DNA from: Nemertoderma westbladi
Lineage: Eukaryota > Animalia > Xenacoelomorpha
Assembly: GCA_032718475.1 (NCBI GenBank)
Contig: JAUCBJ010001071.1
Span: 62,001 to 126,000, forward strand
Direction: 5' to 3'
DNA: 64,000 nucleotides
Below are positions 1 to 11,630 of the stretch, in pieces. A program made the position numbers and the translations under genes. The notes beneath the pieces were generated by a model. It was not told where the DNA came from. It saw nothing but the letters and a program-made list of their open reading frames with translations, and did not search any database. Every line of letters starts with the position of its first letter. Within the stretch, counting starts at the first letter, position 1.

Positions 1-99
1 ATTTCTGTCAGTTTTATTTATTTGTAGGCCAGTATTGAGCAGAAGGCGTGTAAGCCTGCTCAGATTATACAGCTAATTTGTAGGCTTGACTGTTGGCTA

Positions 100-645
100 G
101 CTGTTGATTAGGTCTGAACGGATTGCAGTGCATGTAGAGTGTATGTCCGATAAAGAACGGTTAGGAAGTAGGGGCAGCCATAGCTGTAAGGTAAACCCCC
201 ATCTAAAGAATAAGTCGTACTACTGGGTTAGAACGCATACTACTTAACCATTTCGGAGTCTGCATGTCCTGCGGTTTATTTAGGCTTGATAGGAGTCCAC
301 CAGTGTTTGGTCTGCACTTTGTTTGTGTAGTCTGTACGGGTAGCGTATAATTTTATTTAGATAATTTGTAGGCTGGATAGTTGTCTGGCTGCTGTTGTGT
401 TTGAGGAAATTTCGGAGTGTGTAAAGCATCTGTCCGATAAAGAACGGTTAGGAAGTAGGGGCAGCCATAGCTGTAAGGTAAACCCCCATCTAAAGAATAA
501 GTCGTACTACTGGGTTAGAACGCATACTACTTAACCATTTCGGAGTCTGCATATACCGTGGTTTGTTTAGGCTTGATAGTAGTCTGTCAGTATTTGGTCT
601 GCATTTTGTTTGAGTAGTTTGTACGCGTAGCGTAATATTTATTAT
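100..645. repeat. ~290-bp tandem duplication in the BEL 5' leader
   Basis: TGTCCGATAAAGAACGGTTAGG...TCGGAGTCTGCAT occurs at ~144 and ~432. Copy 2 has only one unit. Confidence 0.85.
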
Positions 646-1978
646 TCAGAGTTTATGCTATTATTCGCAACATTCATATCCCCAAGTTTATTCCTACAGT
701 AATTGTGTTTGTTATACATACCGTTATAGTTAAACTAACCCCGGTACTACATCAGGGCTGCTCGGCGTAGGTAAAGACTGGAGATTTTGTGCTTTGGTCA
801 CTCCGGCAGATACCGTGGTTCTTTAGCTGTTCAAGTATTTTTAACTACTAATTATTTGTTATACAAGTACTTGTACCTAATTTAGGGTTTAGTGTACAGT
901 ACTTTCCGAAGGTGATTAGTGTGTAAGCAGTGTATTTGTGTTGTAAAGTGGTTAATAGGCACGTTGGTTCTGGTAGACCGCGGTAATTAACTTCTAGGTA
1001 GGGACACTCCGTGATACATAACGTAGTACCTATAGCGATACGGTTATAGTTCGTCAGGCGGTGGTATTTTCCTATCTGGACAACGCAGTATATTTACTAC
1101 TACTTATTATTTTCAAATACCGTAGTAACCTGTCCGTTGTAATAACCAGATATTCTAACCCTTTGTTAGGCTGGTTAGTAGACTTCTTGTAAAATTACCC
1201 TAAAAATTTGTATTTGTGTATTTGTAATTAAATTTTTGTGTTTATTTAGAGATTGTAATCTCAACCCGAATTGTACGTAATTTGTAGTATTAAGTAACTT
1301 AGGTAAATTAGAATTATTTGTTTTAGTGTCTAACAAGTAGCACTCCACTGAGAGCGCACAGCTTATGTGTAGTGACTCCTCCAGAAATAATAACATTTAT
1401 TTCAAACATTGACAAAACCCATTAAACGGGTATATATATATTATAAATCAACTCAAACGATTTATAAATAGTAGGCCTGCCATATAACAACTAGGTCTCA
1501 ATATCAGTTGGACTACTGCTTAAATAATGGTAATAAAGTAAGTTAAAGTAACCAAGTAACCCTTAAAATTCAGAAATTCAATTATTCTAAAATAATTGAC
1601 ATACCGGTATTTACAATAGGCTTATTATATTTATTTCTATAAATTTTAGGTTGAAATCATACCGGTATTCTGTAATTAATTCTAGTCTGTAATTATACTT
1701 TTATATACTATAAGTGTAAACTGCATACCGGTATCCACGATAGGCCTATTATATATTTATATATATTTGTGCTAAAATTATATACCGGTTTCTGTGAAAA
1801 ACCTAGTCTGTAATAATACTTATATATACCATAAGCATACCGGTATACTAATATATATATATTACGCTACACTGAGTAGCAGTATCGGTAACTAATTACT
1901 AGGCTAGCAGTTAATGCTGAATTACTAGACTTGCTTAGACTGTAATATAGCAGTAGGCATTCAACTGTGCAAACAAAC

Positions 1979-4900
1979 ATGTCTGATACTAAGCAGAACC
2001 TGTCAGACAGTTTATTAGATGTAACTATCTGCGACTCAGATAGAGGTGTGGAACCGTCTAGTCCTAAGTTCAGTTCACCTCCCACTGTGAGGAAGGTCAT
2101 CCCTCCAGTAGTAATAACAGAACCTAGGCTGGTCCAACATCGTAGGTCTATCATAGGCACTCGAGCCCAGGTCAAGCGGGACCAAGAAGCAGCGGAAAAG
2201 CAACAACCCGCGAGCCAAGAACTTATTTCTCAGCGGCCCGACAGCGCCAGTAGTGAAGATACTGTAGAGCTGACACCCGAGCGCGGAGCAAGGATGACGG
2301 ATGCGGTTTATTCGGATCCCCTTCTCATCCTTCCTGCAGCCGTACTTATGAGGGATACACAAGGGAAGAACTGAAGTCTATGGTCGAGTCGCAATGGAAC
2401 TTCCCCGGACCCGGACTCCCGTTTGATTTATCAGAAGCTGCCTGGGAAGACATACACCGGATGGGAGTAGCCAAGGAAACCATCGATCCAGCTGTGTGGA
2501 AGAGGTCCGCAGCCGGATACGCACAGGGATTCTTCAGCTCTATGGAGCGAGTAGAAAAACAACTGTTTCAACAACCTCAAGGACCTCAAGAGCAGGGACA
2601 ACTGCTTTATCAAGTTAAAGAAAGAATTCTGCGAATCAGGCTAATATTATCAGCCTTTGAAGAGGCTTCTAAAAGAAGACAAGACACGTCGTTGCAAGTT
2701 GCCGTAAAGACTTGGTTTCAACGGGTGAGTCGCCAGGTTCAAGGAACAGCTCAGTGGAAAGCTCAGCTGGAGGAGCGCTCAACCCATGGAGAATCAACAG
2801 ACGCTACTTTTTCCCAAGTGGAAAGTGAAGCGACGGCAGAGAAACCGCATAAGAGGGATGCCATTGACATCTATCTGTCAGACTATCAGCGTTTTTTGGG
2901 AGATGAAGAGTTGAGGAGAAGGCTAGATGGACTTAGCCCTAATAGTGAAGGAGCCCAGCGTGTGTTGGACGCAATTGATGTGGATAGGTTAGCGGCGAAC
3001 CAAGCTAAATTCGATGAACAACTCCGCATCGCTAGAGACCAAGAAGAAAAGGTGAAGAAAAAACGCATAGAAGACAGAAAGAAAGCAGCAGTCGCAGCTG
3101 CAGAAGCCGAAAGGAAAGCAGCCGAAGAAGAAAGTAAAGCAGCCGAAATGGAAAGAAAAGCGGCAGCGGCAGAGGCAGAAGCGAAAAGAAAAGCAGCCGA
3201 AATGGAAAGAAAAGCGGCAATGGCAGCGGCAGAAGCAGAGCGGATAGCGGCTGAAGAGATCGCCCAATTAGAATTGGAAAATATTCAGGAGAATCAAGAC
3301 TGCATAAATAAACAGTTAACAGCTAGTAATATGCAGATGATGAATCGATCTACTCCCAAAAGACAAGGTTATACATCATCTGAGGAAGGCGATACCACCG
3401 ACACTGAAGGTGGAGGAAATCGATCTCGCCTAAGCAGACGTAAAAGAACATCCCACCGTCAGAAATTGCCTGATTTGCCTCCAGCTGTTAGAAGGCAACT
3501 AAATAACAACTTAGGTAGTACAGAACCCACAGACCAAATAATTACAATAGAGAGACTCCCTACTATAGTAGATGAGCCTGAAATAATTAGGCCTGTTCCC
3601 GAAGCCACCCTTTCGGTGGTAGAGACACCTGTACTCCCTGAACCTACCTCTCAATTCCCTTTGCACAGCACTAAGCTACCTGTGCCCAGCAGAACAGCCC
3701 ATGAGACAGTTCATGCCCTGGACTCCGAGCGAAATATTCATGATTTGTCGCCCGTTGTCCCTCGTCCGCCCGCTACAACGTTGGCGAATCCCGCTTCGGC
3801 GGTCGAATGGGTGGATGAGAGACGACGGGGGATGGATCTCCTGCTCGGACAGATGCAGGAGGCTGTTCAGCAATTCAAGGGCACAGTAAGGGAAAGTAGG
3901 TTAGAGTTGCAAGAAGTGCAGCAAAGTATCGCGCTAGAACGCGATAAATTAGTAAATACACAAAAGGGTATACCACCACCCCCTGTAACAATGTGTCAAT
4001 GTCAACCTGTTAGGTCTGAAGTATCTCTTGCGCAAGGTGTGGAGCCTACACGCATCTATACTGCTAGCGAAGTAGAAACTCCTATAGTGAACCCTATTAA
4101 GGGTAATTATAGACCTGTTGATAATGATATTCCCTATAGACCGGATCATAATCCGAGAAATTTATATACCGATAACTCGATATTAAATAACACGATGGCC
4201 CAAGAAAGTTTTACGCGTCAAATGGCTAGAACCGAAGCCCGGCAAGCGGTAAAGGTGGGAGAGATCGTCAAGTTCAATGGAGATGAGATGAAATGGTTAC
4301 CTTTTAATGAATATTACAAAGATAACATACAGAACTCTGTGCTATCTAATGGAGAGAAACTTAGATTTCTCATCGAGTGCTTGGAAGGATCTCCCAAGTT
4401 AATGGCGTTAAAGTTTATTGGACATCCAGATGGATTAAGACAAGTTTGGGATACACTAAACATCAGGTATGGTAATAGGAATAACATAGCTGGGTATTTG
4501 TATGCAAAGTTAGTAGCGCCCCGAAAGTTTATTAGCAGCGGGATTATAGAGTTTTCCGATGAGATTCAGGAGATCTGCAGACAATTAGATTGGCTAGGTA
4601 AGTCTCATGAGTATCAGAGTGCTATGGTTATTAGAGCAGTGGCTTCTACTTTACCGAAGGGTGGAGTAGGTACACGCTGGGATAAGAAAGTGTTATATAT
4701 GATGGAACAACAACGACGAGACCCTACCATGGCTGATCTCATGTCGTTCCTAGATGGAGAAGTGAAATTACAGCTCCTGAAACTGTCCAGAGAGAAGACA
4801 CCGGAAAACAAGGTAAGTGAAAAACCCGTCTCTAGGAGAAAGGTAACACCAGTGTGTTATACAGATGACGGCGAAAGCCAGACTTCTCAAGGAGAAGATA

Positions 4901-5300
4901 GCGGGAAAGACAGTGACAGATCTTATTACGTAAATAAAATGCCTAAAGATCAGGTAAGTAAATTTAAGTCTCGAACCAATGACAGGAGAGAACAGGTAAG
5001 AAAAACTCCTCCTACGTCTCCCAAGAGAATTCAGGTGAGAAAGCCCGAAGAAAAAGTAAGTGTGCACCTGTTACGCAAAATAAGGTGAGTAACATCAAAC
5101 CGAAATGTGCGCTATGTGATGGGACCCATCGCTTGAATATGTGTGATGAATTTCTAAAGAAATCATTAACTGAGAGACGTGAAGTCATGTGGGATAAGCG
5201 GTTGTGTTACAATTGACTCAGACATGGACACCAACGGCGAACCTGTTACTCTGACACAAGATGTGCTAAGTGCGGTGCGAAACATCATATCTTGTTGCAC
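1979..5300 (+). pseudogene. gag: BEL/Pao Gag (frameshifted): coiled-coil N-terminus, DUF1759-like capsid region, three zinc knuckles
   Basis: ORFs 1967-2374 and 2380-5088 are joined in copy 2, which keeps a ~67-nt segment deleted here near 2350. Motifs: FNGDEMKW..EKLRFLIECLEG and knuckles CALCDGTH..C, CYN*LRHGH..C, CAKCGAKHHILLH. A 1-nt deletion near 5068 and a TGA near 5214 are lesions relative to copy 3. Confidence 0.9.
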
Positions 5301-8300
5301 ACTGAATTCGAGAGAAATAGTCCGAGTCAGGTAAGTGATTCCGAACTACATGTCCAATTCAGTGATGTGAACGACACTGATCAATCTGAGATGGAAGGAT
5401 TCTATACAGACGAGTTCTCCGATGAAAACGAATCCTGTTACACAATAAATACCACAGTGTATCAAGCACTCACGTATGAAAAGGATACGGACAGCGACCT
5501 TACCCTAACTACTTCTGATCAACAACCATTTTGGAAAGCGCCAACTTCCAATGTAGGGATTAGAGAATTTCCTGTGGTACAGGTAAGGGTCCACGGACCA
5601 AAAAGGAGTTATGTAGTGAACGCCCTCCTTGACTCCGGTAGTACAGGAACATTCATCGACAAAGAGCTAGCCGAAGACATATTCGCTGGACAACCCAAGT
5701 TCCGAACTAAGCTAAACATGTCAGGAATTATGCAAGTTTGGAAATACACAGTAACCGCGGATTATTATGTCGGTGCGTTGTCCACCCCCCAGGACGAATT
5801 AGGAGAACGTAGCATAAGGTCAGTGAAAATGGTGGCTATAAAGAATTTCGCTACTACTCAAGCAGACCTTTATAATTGGGACGAGGATGAGAGCATCCAA
5901 CATCTTAAGATACCTCGATTCCAGACTGATTATCCTGGAGTGCAAATACTCATCGGCCAAAACGTGCATGAGGCGCTCGAGACATTGGAGAAACGGCCTG
6001 CTCAACCGCAGCCACTACAAACTTATGCGGTAAGAACTAGAGTAGGTTGGTACTTTACTGGCCCTTCCCGTAGAACTCTCATAGAAAGATTACCGAAAGA
6101 TCAGGTATATCAAGCGCGAGAATGGGAAGTTGAGAACAGTGAGTTCGATGATCCAACTGAGGGAACTCCATACTCCTCAGACAACGACGATATACATCAA
6201 CTCTTTGATGAGGAGAATGCCATCGATCTCCTTAAGGAAAGCGAGACTTGGCAAAATCAAGTGAACTTATGTCAACTCCTTCACCCATCTGAGCGAGACG
6301 ACTATAACGACGAGCTTAATGACGTCATTGAACGTTATAATGCCAAGACTCGGGATGAACACGCCGTGAGATTCTTTACTCAAGAGGTCGTAGAGCCCAA
6401 CTCCTACGATAAGGCCCTATCGGTGGAGGAAGAAAGAGCCAAGCAGATCCAAGCGACAACTACTCGTTTTCTTAAAGATCAAGGTAGGTATGAGATCGGA
6501 CTTCCTTTCCGAAAGCGAGAACCAAAGTTCATTAACAACAGACCTTTGGCAGAGAAAAGAATTGCTCAACTACATCGACGCCTTACGGCAAATTCTTCAG
6601 CTAAAGAAATGTATAAAACACAGTTGAAGAAGTTTATTAGCAAGGGATATGCGGAGCTAGTACCGGAAGAAACTCCTATAACTGAGAGAACGTATTACTT
6701 AACTCACCATTACGTTCCCAAACCCGGTAAACCCCATGAAGTACGAGTGGTGTTTGACGGTTCCGCCCTCTATATGGGCCAATCCCTTCATTCTGAATTG
6801 TTACCCGGACCCAACTTACTCCAATCCTTGTTGGGAATATTATTAAGGTTAAGACAATACTCCATTGCTTTCGCCTCAGATATAGAAGGCATGTTCTTAC
6901 AAGTCAAAGCGCTGGATAGGGATCGAGATAGTCTACGATTTTTGTGGTGGCCTGAAGGAGACCTCAATAAGAAACCGGTGGAGTACTGGATGACCATCCA
7001 AGCTTTTGGGATAATCTCGAGCCCTTCAAACGCCTGTTCCGTGGTACGCACCACTGCAGATGACAACCGAGACGCCTTCTCTAAAGAAGTGATCGACAAT
7101 ATTAAACGAGACATCTACATGGACGATAATCTGAAGTCCCTTCCATCAGTCGAAGAAGCCATTGAGGTCGCTAAAGGAACGGTAGCATGCTTAAAGAAAG
7201 GTGGATTTCGATTAACTAAATTCACCAGCAACTCCCGTGAGTTTCTGGAGTCGATCCCGGTAGAAGATCGAGGAACAAAAGACCTAGATCTAATAAAGGA
7301 TGATCTCCCAGAAACTAAGACCCTTGGTTTGAAATGGGACACAGAAAGAGATATCCTGTTTTTCCAACTAAAACAGCGAGATAATCCAGTTCGGACTAAA
7401 CGGATTTGTTTAAGTATCCTGAGCACTTATTTCGATCCATTGGGATTTATTAGCCCAGTTATATTGATTGCTCGGAGTTTAGTACAACAAATGTGGCTTG
7501 AAAACCACTCATGGGACGATCCACTTAAGGGAGAATTATTAAAGAAATGGATGAAATGGGAAGATTCTCTACCAGCCATTGAAAACTTCATAATTTCCCG
7601 TTCATATTTTGGTCATGTTCTCCCTACGTATTCATATCAACTCCATGTGTTTGGAGACGCCAGCGATATGGGAATCGGTATAGTAGCCTACCTAAGGGTG
7701 GAAACTCCGGACGGAATTAAAGTCGCCTTGGTTACCTCTAAGGCATTAATAAACAACAAGTTGAAAGTTCCTCGAGCGGAGTTAAAAGCGGCTCTCGGCT
7801 ACAGCCATCGGCCGGAATGTAACAGAACAGATCGACTATCCTCTGGAGAAAACTGTCTATTGGACCGACGCTTTACTCGTATTGGAGTACATAACCAATG
7901 AAGTCTGTCAGTTCAGCGTCTTCGTTACCAACAGAGTAGCTATTATACTCAGTCGCACGACGATGGATCAATGGAGACATTGCCCCGGAACGATTAATCC
8001 AGCAGACATCGCTTCCAGGGGAGCAACTCCACAAGAACTGGTAGATACTCCAGACTGGTTAGGTGGACCCGACTTCCTCTACAAAGAAGAAGAAGAATGG
8101 CCTCCTCATCTTACTACAGCAGAAATTATACAGGCCAAGGGAGCGGAGAAAGTCAAACCTAAAACTCAGGCGAGTAAATCGAAGTTATTCAAACCCACAG
8201 TAGATCTGTCTGTACTACATACTTCCGGAGACGACGCTTTGGATCAGAAACCCACAGCCACAAATAAACTCGTTGTGGAAATCCGTGATAAGGATTGGAA

Positions 8301-9988
8301 ATCTGGCATACCAGACGTCTCGCAAGGACTCTCACCCCTTCTGCAGAGAGCGATACATCACTACAGTTCTTGGAATCGGCTTTGTAAGGCCGTTACATAT
8401 TTAAAGAGATGTTTTCACCATCACTACTCTGGGATGAAAACAAAGGGTGATACCGCTCCAATCACATCAGTGCAGGTCCATGTTATTAAAGACCTCCCTA
8501 AATATAAGGTACCCGACAAGTTTTTGAAGGAGAAGATCAGTTATCAGGAGCATGAAGAAACCAACAAGCAGATGCTGAGACTCTTACAATGCTATGAAGA
8601 TTCCGATAAGTATTTCCTGTTGTTGAGAAATCCACAGATGCGCTTAAGGGATCGTTTCTCTAGCACAATGATAGATGGGTTGATACGTGTTGGAGGAAGG
8701 TTAACGAATGCACCCTTATCCTTTGATACTAAGTTCCCCATACTCATTAGAAATCTTAAAATACAAGTCAAGATGATTGTAGATGTTCACAGCAAACTTT
8801 ATCATGCTGGTAGAGAACGAGTTCTTAGCGAAATTCGAACTCGCTACTATTTTTATAAACCCCGTAGAGCTCTGAACCAGGTTCTTAGGAACTGTATACC
8901 CTGTAGGAAAGCATTCAGTAGGCCTTTAACACAGCGAGAGGCAGAATTACCTAGGGAACGAGTAAGCTTTTATGAACCACCCTTTACTAATACCGGTGTG
9001 GATTTATTTGGCCCTATTGAAGTATATCGTGCTAGGACTATAGTCAAGAGATGGTGTGTAATCTTTGTTTGTATGACTTGTAGAGCCATCCATCTCGATA
9101 TGGTGAACGATTTATCTACCAACAGCTTTTTATTAAGCTTACGACGACAGATCGCTCGCTTTGGCACTAGTAACACGATGAGATCTGATAAGGGAACAAA
9201 CTTCATTGGTGCCAACAATGAAATCAAAGCTTACGTCAAAGATTGGAACCAAAGACAGGTGGACGACCAACTACGAGTAACAGCGTCTAGTTGGACCTTC
9301 AACGCCGCTGACGCCCCTTGGTGGGGAGGAAGTTGGGAGAGATTAATAAGAAGTGTGAAGACAGCATTTCATTTTATAGTGCCTTGCCGCGCTTATCTCA
9401 CCGACGAACTTTTGCGGACGTTAATGGAAGAAATCGCCGCCTATCTCAACGAGAGACCGCTTATGCCAGTCTCATCGAGTCCCGATTCCCTGGAAGCGCT
9501 AACACCCGCGCACTTCCTACTGAAGAAACCTGTAGCCATGCTCCCACAATCGGAAATCACAGACGGAGACGAATACTGCCGACAAACTTGGCAACTCATG
9601 CCATTGTTATCCCGTCGTTTCGCTGACCATTTCGAAAAACATTATTTGCCCACGCTACAACTTCGAACTAAGTGGTTTGCGCAGCAAGAAAACGTCAGCG
9701 CCGGAGACATGGTGCTTATTGTGGATGTGGATCTTCCACGTAAGCGGTGGCAGACAGGTCGTATAATCGAGACGCATATCTCGAGTGCGATCGGTAGAAC
9801 TCGTCGTCATGCGACGTAACTTCAAGAAACCGGGAATTGTCTTCGAGACGCAGCAGCTCAATCGCCCGGTGGGACGTTTATGTTTACTGGAAAGAGACAG
9901 AGAACTCTCCGGAAACTATGGGAGACAAGATACTCTTCCCACGACCACCTCCCTAATCCAACAAACATCTAGGGACTCCCCAACTTAA
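5292..9988 (+). pseudogene. pol: BEL/Pao Pol: aspartic protease, reverse transcriptase, RNase H, DDE integrase (frameshifts near 7800 and 9782)
   Basis: ALLDSGS (protease); VRVVFDGS, SDIEGMF and YMDD (RT); HVFGDAS and PRAEL (RNase H); H..H..CIPC, GVDLFGP, SDKGTNF and GGSWERLI (integrase); C-terminal RPVGRLCLLE. Confidence 0.95.
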
Positions 9989-11630
9989 AAACGGCTGGAG
10001 TGGGTGTGTGACCATATTATTTTATATTTGTATTTGTTTTATTTTTATATTTATGTATGTATTATTATGTAATTTTATTTTAATCGTTTTATTTAATTTT
10101 ATTTAGTAGTATGGTATTTTAGAGATTATTTAGTAGATTAGTGCAATATATATTCGCGTTTATTATTTAATTACGTATATTATATATTTAGTGCGACGGC
10201 GAGAAATAATTTTTTCTCTTTCCTTTCTGTCCGTATTATATTATAAATACGTGACTACAGTAAGATGAAATCTTCGTACTTATTAAAGTACAGTAAAGCC
10301 ACTACTATATTCAAGTATTATTGGTAGGCAGAGTATTAGGAATGCAAAGTTCAGATCCTCGTGTCTCGGCTAAACCAAGCTCTGGGTAGACCTTGGAAAC
10401 GACTTGCCTCTTCACACTGACATTGCTTCGTGCGATATTGCTCTCATACCGTATATTAAATAATACATATAGTAGCGTGATGTCCCTTTAACAGTAGCGT
10501 ATAACGCAAAATAAATCTGTTAAACCCTTTGACCATCTGCAATTCTAGTCGATTAAGATATCGCGGCACCCACCGATATACTTGAAAGACAAAATTCTAG
10601 AATCAGTGGTTAACGTCCCCAGACAAGTTCTGGAATAAACTGGTGCCCATCCTAAATATTAATTATTAATATTTACAAAAATCTGTCAAATATCAGATCC
10701 TTTAAAATTCTAGTCGATTAAGATATCGTAGCACTTACCGATACTCTTAAAAGGACAAAATTCCTAGAATTAAGGATCCTATGTCCCCAGACCTGTTCTG
10801 GAATCAAATTGTGTCAATTTTAACATCAAATAATAAAATTTACGGGAATAAATTTAAATTCATATATTTCAATGAATTTAATAAATTGTCATTTTATACA
10901 ATTTATAACATTCCCAAAATTCCATTAATTAATAGATCATGGGAGCGGAGATTCACTCTATTAAGTGTATTTGTGTGCGAGAATCTCCAATGTATAGTCA
11001 ATAGCCGATAAAATTCATAAAATCATGTATAAAGGGGATATTGACCATTAAAGAATTACTATTAAATAGCATCCCAGATCTGTATGCATGAGAATTACCC
11101 TAATTCTACCGCTAGCTTTCCATAATGTCACCATGGCAACTACCACGCTAGAATTAGAAGTGAGTTAAAAGAACAATAGAAAGCATGCCCCATTGAATAG
11201 CATAGGGAATAAATAGCGCACTGCTAGTATCCAAGGATACATAATAAATACAGTGACATTCTGGAAGGCACTGACTAACGGACAAATGGCCCGAATGTGT
11301 ACAGTTTGTTGCAGTTGTGTTGAATTTGTGCGTTTGTAGGTGAATGTTACTACTAAGGTGTGTTTACAGTAGCGAGTCGCAATTGTGAAAGTAACCCTAA
11401 CTCTCCAAGAAGAACCTGCAGTACATCTAAGCCTTTGGGACGGACAGTGAAGTGACTTGTGCCGGTTATCGTTGTCATTGTGTAGCTACATTGTTGGCGA
11501 AAGCACAGCGATGACGGTACATCGGCGCTGAGGATCTTACACTGTCCGGGGGCAAAAGAGGGGTAGGCAGCGACGCCCGCTAGCCTAATATATATAAACT
11601 CATTATAATATTGATAAACTCATAGCAGAT

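Noticed and set aside
4980-5300. Programmed gag-pol frameshift or readthrough
   Set aside because: Copy 3 reads through both positions in one frame, so the shift and TGA in copy 1 are mutations.
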